A stretch of 64,000 nt of DNA, taken from positions 18,995 through 82,994 of IMG/VR virus record IMGVR_UViG_3300028567_000401; one strand, written 5' to 3'. The translations under genes were made by a program, and so were the position numbers. The notes under the pieces are model-generated. The model saw nothing but the letters and a program-made list of their open reading frames with translations, was not told the DNA's origin and made no database searches. Of the stretch, positions 1 through 9,316 are shown piece by piece (positions within the stretch are counted from its first letter, which is position 1; each line of letters starts with the position of its first letter). The stretch is from a virus. Lineage: Duplodnaviria > Caudoviricetes.

Positions 1-416
1 TTTTCAAAAACTTCAAGAACTTCCTCTCTTGTTAAAATATCTTTCTGGTCAAAAAATGTTCCTGTTGGATTATGTCCACCATGCTGTTGTCTACTAGGTA
101 AAAGGTTATATCTATAGTTATCTTCATTTCTATCTGTAACAGTTTTATATGGATATAATGCATGAATGACCGGATCATCTTCATCAAGATCATCTTCGGG
201 AATAAAAATTGAAACACGAGCATTGGGAATACCATATCCTTCATTAGCAGATATACGCCCAACCACCACGCCATATTCAGAACACCTTCCAGATGAAAAT
301 ATATCCTTTTGAGTAAATTTTAATGAAAGGATTTCCATTAAATCCCAGCTCTGTTGTATTTCAACATTAATTTTTTGATCTCGCCCAATATTTGTATAAA
401 TCCTATGCTTCTGCAT
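1..416 (-). CDS. Virion structural protein, N-terminal part only (runs off window start)
   Basis: Manual translation from ATG at 416 gives MQKHRIYTNIGRDQKINVEIQ...YGVVVGRISANEGYGIPNARVSIFIP..., open to the window edge. It lies directly downstream of the gp6-like gene. Not in the ORF track because it has no stop in the window. Confidence 0.75.
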   Translation of the reverse strand, partial: MQKHRIYTNIGRDQKINVEIQQSWDLMEILSLKFTQKDIFSSGRCSEYGVVVGRISANEGYGIPNARVSIFIPEDDLDEDDPVIHALYPYKTVTDRNEDNYRYNLLPSRQQHGGHNPTGTFFDQKDILTREEVLEVFE

Positions 417-495
417 TATCTAAGCTTAATTTATCTCTCATAACCCCATTTACGGTTTTATATCTATATACTTATTAAGATAAGTAAAAAGAATG

Positions 496-2328
496 TTAAT
501 ATGTAGCTGAAGTAAGATTTTTTGTGCGAATTTTTATATCCGAATTTGGAAATCTTATTTGAAAAATCTGATTTGACTTCATATAAATTGTATTATCAGA
601 TTGTCTGATTTCTTTTGTAAAATCATCCACATATGACTGTGCGACTTCCGAAGATGAGTAACTACCGCCTATTTTATTAAAAACTCGAATATCGACTACA
701 TTAATAACACCAATAACATTACCTATCTCTCTACTCAAATCACCAACCAATAATGGTTCTCCCATTTTTCTTTTACTAATAGCGAAAAAATCTATAATTT
801 TTTGAATAACAGATCTAACTACATCAACTTGATTATCGTTCTTATTAATTACTAAATCAACTTCCAAACCTAAATCGATAACTTCCCCACTTTGAATATC
901 TATATAATCATTTAACATTCTATAATTGGAAAGATAATTCAAAACATTATTTTTTAATGTATTCGAAACAGTATCTATTAATGCACCATTTTCATCATAA
1001 GATAAAAGTTTAATTTTAACTTTATTATCTTCTTCCATTACATTAACTTTCGCTGGCGCGCCATATGCTGCCGGCATAGTTTCAATTATAGATTTATAAT
1101 CATTAAGTGTTACAGCTCTGTTTTGGGCCGAAAAATTATATGCTATCATATTTCTAATTTCTTCAATCGTAGGTATATCTGCACCGCCAACAGCTGGAGT
1201 TACATTTGTTACTCGTATTGATTGTGATACTTGAGAATTTATACTTGAATTGGGTCCATTTACAACATATTCGTAAGCATCCATTGTTGATATAACATTT
1301 ATACCAATATTTGAATCTTTGCCGCCACCAATACGATATTTAATAAATAATGTGGTATTTGTTTTAAGAATTTCACCTAAAGCTATATTATTCAAATACG
1401 ATGTCAAATTAACTTGCATATTACCATTCATGTAATTATCAATATTTTCCATCAGATTTATATTACCTGAACCAAATGTTAATGAAAAATAGCCTTCTGG
1501 TGTATATTCAGTTACAAATTTTTTAGTTACACTCACCCAATTTCCTGCTTTAAAATTATGACTATCTGATGCGGCTGTTGGATCCTCAATAAAAACTTTA
1601 TCATCCATTAATGTTTTTACTTCATACCATTTATTAATCGTAGATCTAAATTCATCAGATGTTGGATTTGAACCATAACTAGTTCCTTCTTTATGTATAA
1701 CTGACGTTACTCCTAAGACATTTCTTTCAGGTAAATAAATTTTCAAAAACGGTTTTTGATCTAATTCATTAATAACTTTTCTATATATTCTTGATACTCC
1801 ACTAACTACGGGTTCTCTTTTCGTTATAGTATATGATATTAATTTATTATTTGCATCAAAATTTGGTATTTTTAATCTATTTGAATCTCCTCTACTATTA
1901 AATGGACTAGAAAAATCAATATCTTCTACAGTTTCAAAAATTTGTCCGCCGCCCGATACTTGAGAACCCGCTCTTAATATACCTTCATATCTCTCATCAT
2001 CTTTATCTCCCCTGACAGGAACATTTATACTAAAATCGCATAAAGCAACAGATGGCCTATATCCTGGTAATCTAAGTCCATATGTTTTTGCAATATGAAA
2101 TAAAGACTGTCTCTGTTGAGCAAAATCTAACATTGTTTCTTGCCATACTCTATCAATATGAAAATGTAAATTATCGGCAATAGCAGCATTTATATCCAGT
2201 AAAACCGAATAAATTGATGCGTCATTAAAATTAGATATTAAATCTGGATAATATTGTTTAGTTAATTTTACCAGTTCTTCTCTTAAACTAGCAAAATCTC
2301 TTACTGCATATGAAATTTTTTTTGACAT
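496..2328 (-). CDS. Baseplate wedge subunit (T4 gp6 / baseplate J-like)
   Basis: N-terminal RDFASLREEL...QETMLDFAQQRQSLFHIAKTYG and C-terminal GGADIPTIEEIRNM...AQNRAVTLNDY motifs; adjacent to the gp25-like gene. Confidence 0.85.
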   Translation of the reverse strand: MSKKISYAVRDFASLREELVKLTKQYYPDLISNFNDASIYSVLLDINAAIADNLHFHIDRVWQETMLDFAQQRQSLFHIAKTYGLRLPGYRPSVALCDFSINVPVRGDKDDERYEGILRAGSQVSGGGQIFETVEDIDFSSPFNSRGDSNRLKIPNFDANNKLISYTITKREPVVSGVSRIYRKVINELDQKPFLKIYLPERNVLGVTSVIHKEGTSYGSNPTSDEFRSTINKWYEVKTLMDDKVFIEDPTAASDSHNFKAGNWVSVTKKFVTEYTPEGYFSLTFGSGNINLMENIDNYMNGNMQVNLTSYLNNIALGEILKTNTTLFIKYRIGGGKDSNIGINVISTMDAYEYVVNGPNSSINSQVSQSIRVTNVTPAVGGADIPTIEEIRNMIAYNFSAQNRAVTLNDYKSIIETMPAAYGAPAKVNVMEEDNKVKIKLLSYDENGALIDTVSNTLKNNVLNYLSNYRMLNDYIDIQSGEVIDLGLEVDLVINKNDNQVDVVRSVIQKIIDFFAISKRKMGEPLLVGDLSREIGNVIGVINVVDIRVFNKIGGSYSSSEVAQSYVDDFTKEIRQSDNTIYMKSNQIFQIRFPNSDIKIRTKNLTSATY

Positions 2329-2346
2329 ATATTTTATTTTTTTCCA

Positions 2347-2799
2347 TTATATGTTTATAATTACAAAATCTGAAGTTGAAAATGTTCCATTATTAACTGT
2401 ATAGCTTAATTTAACTCGTGCTGTATATGGTTTTGTTGTTCCATCACCAATTCTAAATAATCTTGAATCTTCTTCTTCACTAGGTGTTGGAGGAGTTTCA
2501 GGATCGTTTTCTGCCGACATTATTTCTATAGAATTTATATCCAAATTTGGAATATATTTTCTTACGCCTTCTCGTATTTCATCTTCTATATGATTATGTG
2601 AAACTGCATCATTCATTTCAAAAATATATTCATATAATCTAGTTCCAAAATCTGGTAAAAAATATCTACTACCCTTTCTACATAATAATAAATGTATAAG
2701 ATCAGCTCTTACTTCTCTTTCGGGTGTTGCAGTCATTCTTAAATAATTTCCAATTGCACTATCCCTAAATGGATAATCTATACCATATGTTATACTCAT
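2347..2799 (-). CDS. Baseplate wedge protein, gp25/GPW-like
   Basis: ADLIHLLLCRKGSRYFLPDFGTRLYEYIFE matches the gp25 signature L.T..GER...P.FG..L...lFE. Confidence 0.88.
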   Translation of the reverse strand: MSITYGIDYPFRDSAIGNYLRMTATPEREVRADLIHLLLCRKGSRYFLPDFGTRLYEYIFEMNDAVSHNHIEDEIREGVRKYIPNLDINSIEIMSAENDPETPPTPSEEEDSRLFRIGDGTTKPYTARVKLSYTVNNGTFSTSDFVIINI

Positions 2800-2928
2800 T
2801 TCTTATATAATAGATATATTGTATAAATATTATAGAATAAAAAAATCGCAATAATTACTTATTGTGATTCAATTTTATAAATGAAGTGCCGTAAAACCGT
2901 TCATAAAAATCTACAAAAAATATTTCGT

Positions 2929-2974
2929 TTTACAAAAATGTTCTTGTTTTTGTAAATAATTATATGTATATTTG
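2929..2974 (+). promoter_or_regulatory. Bacteroidota sigma70-type promoter (TTG-N20-TATATTTG) overlapped by a 10-bp inverted repeat
   Basis: TTG at 2944-2946 and TATATTTG at 2967-2974; TTTACAAAAA (2929-2938) / TTTTTGTAAA (2947-2956). Confidence 0.6.
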
Positions 2975-3023
2975 CACTGTAAAAATTGACAAATTATAAA
3001 TAGGTAGTTCACACTTAGAAATC

Positions 3024-3278
3024 ATGAAATATTTTACTTGGCAAGAAGAAGAAGCGTGGAATGACGGTTATAACGACAGGAAACGTGGAAGAAGACGCGA
3101 TTATTCTCGCGACTGGTATTCTGATGAAGATGTTGACCAAGCATATCTTGACGGTTATCGCCAAGCCGATCGGGAAGAGCGTAGAAGACAAGAATGGGAG
3201 GAATTAGAACGATACGAGGAGGAAAGGGAGGAGCGAAGAAGGTATGTTCAGCAAAATGAACAAGAGGAATGTTTTTAA
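3024..3278 (+). CDS. Small highly charged protein, RMF-like motif (AWNDGY...AYLDGYRQA)
   Basis: 84-aa ORF with its own promoter, opposite to its neighbours; motif pattern resembles ribosome modulation factor. Confidence 0.6.
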   Translation: MKYFTWQEEEAWNDGYNDRKRGRRRDYSRDWYSDEDVDQAYLDGYRQADREERRRQEWEELERYEEEREERRRYVQQNEQEECF

Positions 3279-3287
3279 ACAAATGTT

Positions 3288-3497
3288 TTAGATTAATGTT
3301 ATTATGCCTGTAATTATAAAATATATTACCACCACTATAATTAATCCAATAGCCAATCTAATAGCCCCATCTTTAGCTATTTCTTTTACATTTGTAAATG
3401 GACTAAATTTATATATTGCACTATTTTTAACTATAATTGTATAAATATATACGCCAATACAGTATAGTAATAAAAAAATTAAAATATGAATTGCCAT
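3288..3497 (-). CDS. Small membrane protein with two hydrophobic segments
   Basis: 69 aa with two TM-like stretches; GTATATTAT motif upstream (3518-3526). Confidence 0.6.
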   Translation of the reverse strand: MAIHILIFLLLYCIGVYIYTIIVKNSAIYKFSPFTNVKEIAKDGAIRLAIGLIIVVVIYFIITGIITLI

Positions 3498-3562
3498 TTT
3501 ATTATAATTTAATTAATATAATATACTAAAAAAAAATTAAAAAACAAAATATTTATCAACAT

Positions 3563-6142
3563 TTAACCGCATTTAGAATTACCACAAGACATGCAAGTTA
3601 AGCACCCCTCTTTAAATTCTAAATGTTCACCACCACATTCAGGACATGTACCTTTACCTTTTTCACCGTCCTTAATGTATTTTTTAATAACACGAGCAAC
3701 ACCATTTTTCCATGTATTTATATGATCTTCTCTAAAACTTAATGAATTAACTAAATGATACACATAAGTCAACGGCATGCGTTGTCTTAAAACACCCGAC
3801 ACAAGTTTAGCATAATTCCAAAATTCAGGATTAAATGCCTGATTTAAACCAGTATGAACTTGTCTATCACCATTACTATCCACATATTCAATATCATATC
3901 GTTTTTTTCGGACTTTTATAAGTTTATTATTACTATCATATTCTTCTATTTCAAAAGTGTTTTTAACGACATCACATTCTTTAATTGAACTTGGTAAATA
4001 TGCAAGCCCATTTTCAAGTTTACCTGTAAAAATTTCATAAGGTCTATTGTCTCGTAAACCCACAACGGCAATCCACTTTTCAAGATTATTCTGAAAACGA
4101 TGCACATCAGCTTTCAATCTTTTAGGTCGTTTTGGCACATGTATTTCACCTTGCGTATTATCTTTCTTTTCTGCTGTTATTAAAACACCGCTTCGTGAAC
4201 CGTCTCGATATACTGTACATCCTTTGCATCCACTTTCCCACGCTGTTTCATAAACTTTTGCAACCAATTCTTCTGTAATATCAGTTGGAAGATTAACGGT
4301 CACCGAAATCGAATGATCAACATGTTTCTGTATGCGACCCTGCATTTCAACTTTCTTAACCCAATCCACATCATTAGCGGTTGCTTTATAATATGGTGAT
4401 GTCATAATAATTTTATTTAATTCTTCATCTGACATCGTTTTGATATGTTCTATATCATATCCATTTATTTCGAGCCAATTTTCAAACTTGTGATGAAAAA
4501 CTAGATATTCAGTCCATGCCAGACCCTCATCGTCAACGAAATCAATACGAACATCCTTTTCTTGTGGATTAATTTTACGCCTACGTTTGTAGAAAACTTC
4601 AAATGCTGGCTCAATACCTGATGTTGTCTGAGTCATAATAGAAACACTGCCCGTTGGCGCAATGGTAAGAAGAGCAATATTTCTACGGCCATTTCTTTTC
4701 ATTGCTTCGTATAAAGTCGAGTTCTTTTCTTTAATTCTTAAAATGAATGGATTATTTTCTTCACGTTTCCAATCATATATTGGGAAAGAACCGCGTTCTT
4801 TTGCCATTATCGTTGAAGATTCATAGGCACACATTTTTAGTGTTTCATGAACCATTTCACTAAACTTTGTTGCTTCTTCAGTACCATAAATTAAGTTTAA
4901 CGCAGCCAACATATCACCTTCACCAGTAACACCCAGTCCCGTTCTTCGTCCCATTCGTGTTTTTTCTTTAATTCTTTCCCATAGGCGACGCTCACATATT
5001 TTAAGAAAATCATCTTCAGGGTCAGAATCTATTTTTTCCAATATTGCATCAATTTTTTCAAGCTCAAGATCTATGATATCATCCATATATCTTTGAGCTT
5101 TCATAACATCACTTTTAAATAAATCCCAATCAAAATATGCGTCTTCGACAAATGAATTGTTTTTATAAAACGGATTTACTACATATCCATATAGATTAAG
5201 TGCAAGCAATCTACAGCTATCATCGGCACAAAGAGGGATTTCACCGCACGGGTTGGTTGATATTGTCTCGAAACCCAAATCATCATAACAATCAGGTACA
5301 CTTTCACGAATTATATGATCCCAAAACAATATTCCTGGTTCTGCTGACTTCCATGCGTTGTGAATAATTTTTTTCCAAAGTTTTTGTGCATCAACTTCTT
5401 TTGTATATTTTGCTTCACCTTTTATTGGAAATTGTTGTTTGTACATTTTTCCATTCATTGCCGATTCCATAAAATCGTCATGGAGTTTAACAGAAATATT
5501 TGCACCTGTTACTTTTCCTTGTGATAATTTCGCATCAATAAAACTTTCAGAATCTGGATGTCGTATTGATATACTTTCCATTAATGCTCCTCGTCTTCCA
5601 TCTTGAGCAACTTCTTTCGTAGTTGACGAAAATCTTTCCATAAATGGAACAACTCCCGTTGATGTTATTGCACTATTTTTTACAGGGCTACCTGCTGGGC
5701 GAATAAATGATAAATCAACACCCACTCCACCCCTACGTTTTTCCAGTTGGGCAATTTCTTGATCAAGTTTTAAAATTCCGCCATAACTGTCAGAGTCGCC
5801 TTCATTTCCGATTACAAAGCAATTACTGAGTGATACAACTTGAAATTCATTACCAATGCCTGACATTGGAGATCCTTGTGGTACAATCCTATTAAATCCT
5901 TTTAATGTTTCATATATTTCTTCTTCCGTTAAAGGATTTGGATAATTTGATTCAATTCTAGCTAGTTCTTTAGCTATTCTACGATGCATATCATCTGGCG
6001 TTAATTCATAATAATCTTGATTATCCTTTAAACAATATTTTTTAATCCATACATCAGTTGCTAATTTATCATTATTAAAATAAGTTAATGTTGATTTATA
6101 TACATCTTCTTTAGTATATTTTGTGTAATTTTCTGTTTCCAT
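3563..6142 (-). CDS. nrdJ: Class II (adenosylcobalamin-dependent) ribonucleotide reductase
   Basis: SLSNCFV, TNPCGEIPL, IAPTGSVS, SISVTVNLP, KGCTVYRDGSR; C-terminal CPECG...CMSCG zinc-binding tail; no small subunit gene seen. Confidence 0.92.
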   Translation of the reverse strand: METENYTKYTKEDVYKSTLTYFNNDKLATDVWIKKYCLKDNQDYYELTPDDMHRRIAKELARIESNYPNPLTEEEIYETLKGFNRIVPQGSPMSGIGNEFQVVSLSNCFVIGNEGDSDSYGGILKLDQEIAQLEKRRGGVGVDLSFIRPAGSPVKNSAITSTGVVPFMERFSSTTKEVAQDGRRGALMESISIRHPDSESFIDAKLSQGKVTGANISVKLHDDFMESAMNGKMYKQQFPIKGEAKYTKEVDAQKLWKKIIHNAWKSAEPGILFWDHIIRESVPDCYDDLGFETISTNPCGEIPLCADDSCRLLALNLYGYVVNPFYKNNSFVEDAYFDWDLFKSDVMKAQRYMDDIIDLELEKIDAILEKIDSDPEDDFLKICERRLWERIKEKTRMGRRTGLGVTGEGDMLAALNLIYGTEEATKFSEMVHETLKMCAYESSTIMAKERGSFPIYDWKREENNPFILRIKEKNSTLYEAMKRNGRRNIALLTIAPTGSVSIMTQTTSGIEPAFEVFYKRRRKINPQEKDVRIDFVDDEGLAWTEYLVFHHKFENWLEINGYDIEHIKTMSDEELNKIIMTSPYYKATANDVDWVKKVEMQGRIQKHVDHSISVTVNLPTDITEELVAKVYETAWESGCKGCTVYRDGSRSGVLITAEKKDNTQGEIHVPKRPKRLKADVHRFQNNLEKWIAVVGLRDNRPYEIFTGKLENGLAYLPSSIKECDVVKNTFEIEEYDSNNKLIKVRKKRYDIEYVDSNGDRQVHTGLNQAFNPEFWNYAKLVSGVLRQRMPLTYVYHLVNSLSFREDHINTWKNGVARVIKKYIKDGEKGKGTCPECGGEHLEFKEGCLTCMSCGNSKCG

Positions 6143-6163
6143 ATATTATTTGTTTTAATAATA

Positions 6164-8839
6164 TTATGCATTTTTAGATGCTTGAACTTTTTGTTTTCTC
6201 ATTTTATATACTTCTGAAGCCCTATTAATGCTAGTTGCGTTTTTAGATGTTAAAATGATATTATCGTTTTTTATATCTATAGTTTCTAAATTAATATTTG
6301 AAATGCTTTGATTAGTTTGCTCTAAATTTTGAAGTTGATTTAATGTTTCTTCTTTTTCTGTTATTGTCTTGCATATAGCAGCTTCTATTTCTAATTGTGT
6401 GTCTTTATGTTCTTCTTTTTTAGATTTAATTTCATTTCTTATCTTACTTTCTCTTTCTAATCTTTCTCTATAAACATCAGCTGCATGTTGTTTTCTATAT
6501 AAAGATCTTTCTTCTTCATGCCCTAATAACGTATTTTGTGATTCTGTATCAAATTTAAGATATTCATTATCAAATATACAATTCTGAAATACTACTCCAT
6601 CTTTTCCAATACGGCTCTTAAGTAATGTAATATTTGCCAAATTATTTTCTTTTTGAGATAAACTTTTTGCAATTGAAATAACAACATGCCCCACTTGTGC
6701 CTTTTTAATTGATCCACCCATTTGATCCGTTGTTACTATATCAGAATTTATACTCTCACGATTACCTTGAGTAGCTGTCCATACTGCTATATTAAATTCA
6801 TCACCCATACCTTCCAGACTTCTCATAATTGTGCCCTCACCTTTCCATTCTTCACCTTCAATTGTTCTTTCCATAGAAATACAATCAACGTAATCTAATA
6901 CCAACATATCAATTTTTACATTTTGTGATTCTAGTTTTCTTAACCTATTTCTTATATCTGAAATTGAAACTCCAAAAGGTGGTAATTTTAATATTAAAAG
7001 ACGATTTTTACGATCTTTTGTAATTTTTTCTACTAATGATATAACATCATCTTGTTTAGACAATTGATCATCACTTGAAATTTCCGTCCATATCGTATAA
7101 TGTTTTTTGCGAATTTCTTTTATATTGTCTTCAAACACTACATGTAAAACTGTAGCACCATAATTATATGCCGAATTAGCAAATTTTGTTAGTATTGTTG
7201 TATTATGAGTTAAAACATAATCTCTAGTAACATAAAGCTGGTCTTCATTTGAAACTTTTATACATAGTGCCTCTTCATCATGTGAGTATTTTATTGATTT
7301 AACATATTTTTGCTTAAAATATCTAGCCTTTGTTCGATAACTATTAATTTTATTTAATAATCTAAATGGTATTATATTATTATCAAATGAAAATGTTAAA
7401 ATATATGATAATTTTCTGTTTTTCTGAGTTTTAGTATTTATTTTTATTATTCCTCCTAATGATAAAACTATTTCACGAATATTTTCAGATAAATCTTTTG
7501 ATATTGTGGAAATTTGAAGAGTTCCATTTTTATTTATATGACCATCAATATCCATTAATCCTTGCAATACTGATAATCTAACATCAATTGAATTGTATAT
7601 ATATTCTTTTGGTATAAATTTATTATTCGATATTTTATCTAATAAATTATATATTTTTAATTTTTCTATTATGGATTTTAACGATAATTTATGTGTTATT
7701 TGAACATCACTTTTATAATGTTGATTAAAAGATATTTGTTCGTCTAAATGTTTTATATTTTCAAATATTTCATCATCTTTTATCGATACATTTATGTCTG
7801 AACTATATGATAAACACTTATTACTCAATATTATACCAAGAAGATAAGGATCAATTAGCACCATATGATTTTCAAATTGTATTGGCTTAACAATAGGTAA
7901 TTTATAATTATATCGGCTGCCCTTCTTAATATCTGACATCATATCAGATGTGCTAACTATTTTATAACTATAATTTGGATTTTTATCATTAGTATTATTT
8001 ACTCTCCTATTCAATGTGCTAACAACCCAAAGATGATCTAACCCGCAATTAACAAATGTTTTATCAGTGAATTCAACTTTATATATTGGTTTAACTCCTT
8101 GTGGATAAACACCAAGAACATATTGTTTTTTTCCATCAGAACCAATAATTTCATCACCTATTTTTAGCTCACCATTTTTTACCCATCCTTTTGGAGTAAG
8201 TACCGGCTCAGATATTGGTAACTCTTTTCCAATGCCTGTTGGTGCCAATACTATACCTAATTCACCTTTACTAATACCACCTTTAAGAAGAGCATCAAGA
8301 CCATCAATTCCTGTTGGATATGGTATTCTAGCCTCTTTTTGTAAAGATTCTAAAATATTATCAGTAATGTCTTCTATATCTTCTGTTGATATTCCGGTTT
8401 GTAATGCCTTAGTTATGATATTTTCAATCCTATCATATTCTTCAAATGCACCATTACGAATAATTTCTTCTGATTCTTTTAGAGCCTTTTTAACAACCTG
8501 TTGTCTACAAAACTTAAGTGATGTATCTTTAATATATTTATCATCTTCTAAATAATACTCTTTAATAGATTTTAATGTATCCAGATGAACTTTAAGATTA
8601 ACACTATCAGTATTTTCTACAAGTATTTTTTGCTGTAATGTATCATAATTTGGAATTACTTTATATAAATCATATAATTCCTTAATATTTGTCATGAGAT
8701 ACCTAAAATATGGACCATCAAAATATTTACTATCTATGACATCAATAATTGTTATTGCAAATTTTTTATCTTCTATAATGGTTTTTAGTAATCCTTGTTG
8801 AAATGAAATACCTAATTGGCCAAAATTTTTATCACTCAT
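6164..8839 (-). CDS. dnaB: Replicative DNA helicase (DnaB/gp41-like) with an intein in the P-loop
   Basis: Extein join APTGIGK|TT; LVLDYVD, WTATQGNR, GGSIKKAQ and LLKSRIG motifs. Confidence 0.9.
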   Translation of the reverse strand: MSDKNFGQLGISFQQGLLKTIIEDKKFAITIIDVIDSKYFDGPYFRYLMTNIKELYDLYKVIPNYDTLQQKILVENTDSVNLKVHLDTLKSIKEYYLEDDKYIKDTSLKFCRQQVVKKALKESEEIIRNGAFEEYDRIENIITKALQTGISTEDIEDITDNILESLQKEARIPYPTGIDGLDALLKGGISKGELGIVLAPTGIGKELPISEPVLTPKGWVKNGELKIGDEIIGSDGKKQYVLGVYPQGVKPIYKVEFTDKTFVNCGLDHLWVVSTLNRRVNNTNDKNPNYSYKIVSTSDMMSDIKKGSRYNYKLPIVKPIQFENHMVLIDPYLLGIILSNKCLSYSSDINVSIKDDEIFENIKHLDEQISFNQHYKSDVQITHKLSLKSIIEKLKIYNLLDKISNNKFIPKEYIYNSIDVRLSVLQGLMDIDGHINKNGTLQISTISKDLSENIREIVLSLGGIIKINTKTQKNRKLSYILTFSFDNNIIPFRLLNKINSYRTKARYFKQKYVKSIKYSHDEEALCIKVSNEDQLYVTRDYVLTHNTTILTKFANSAYNYGATVLHVVFEDNIKEIRKKHYTIWTEISSDDQLSKQDDVISLVEKITKDRKNRLLILKLPPFGVSISDIRNRLRKLESQNVKIDMLVLDYVDCISMERTIEGEEWKGEGTIMRSLEGMGDEFNIAVWTATQGNRESINSDIVTTDQMGGSIKKAQVGHVVISIAKSLSQKENNLANITLLKSRIGKDGVVFQNCIFDNEYLKFDTESQNTLLGHEEERSLYRKQHAADVYRERLERESKIRNEIKSKKEEHKDTQLEIEAAICKTITEKEETLNQLQNLEQTNQSISNINLETIDIKNDNIILTSKNATSINRASEVYKMRKQKVQASKNA
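7202..8224 (-). mobile_element. 341-aa class 3 intein with a LAGLIDADG-type homing endonuclease
   Basis: Starts ELPISEPVLTP and ends VLTHN before Thr. Block B CGLDHLW, block F ALCIKV, block G THN; endonuclease motifs PYLLGIILSNK and LQGLMDIDG. Confidence 0.9.
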
Positions 8840-8864
8840 ACCTACCTATTCCTTCAATTTTAAT

Positions 8865-9311
8865 TTATCCTAGTTCATATTCTAGATATGTTTTGGTTAA
8901 ATTTTTAGCAGAAAGTACATCACTCAATTCTGCTAAAATTTTTCTTACTTTAGGTCTAATGTCTACCGCATATCTCACTTTTGGATGAAATATGTGTGCT
9001 GGAAATATTCTAGAAATAAATACTTCTTCATTATGTTTTATTTGTAATAAAAAATACTCTTCTTTAATTTCAATTGATTCATTTTCGTCAAATAAATCAA
9101 AGTAATAGTCCTCATTTTCACACATATATTCAATTGTCTTTGTCTTTAATTCTTTTGAAATTTCATCACATATATTTGTTACACAATAATATAAATCTAA
9201 AGAATTTTTCGACTCTGGATTATAATTCATTACGTTAAAAAATCTTTGTATAACAATATTTTTTTCTAACGTTAATATAAATTCGAATTTAGTGATTTCT
9301 TGATTTTGCAT
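8865..9311 (-). CDS. Hypothetical protein in the replication operon
   Basis: 148-aa ORF tightly packed between the exonuclease and helicase genes. Confidence 0.75.
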   Translation of the reverse strand: MQNQEITKFEFILTLEKNIVIQRFFNVMNYNPESKNSLDLYYCVTNICDEISKELKTKTIEYMCENEDYYFDLFDENESIEIKEEYFLLQIKHNEEVFISRIFPAHIFHPKVRYAVDIRPKVRKILAELSDVLSAKNLTKTYLEYELG

Positions 9312-9316
9312 AATTA

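Noticed and set aside
32-274. 80-aa minus-strand ORF from the track
   Set aside because: It is an alternative frame inside the longer open frame starting at 416, which has the protein-like sequence
3003-3012. GGTAGTTCAC, resembling an IS200/IS605 right end
   Set aside because: No subterminal hairpin and no tnpA/tnpB remnant nearby; a 10-nt match is not enough
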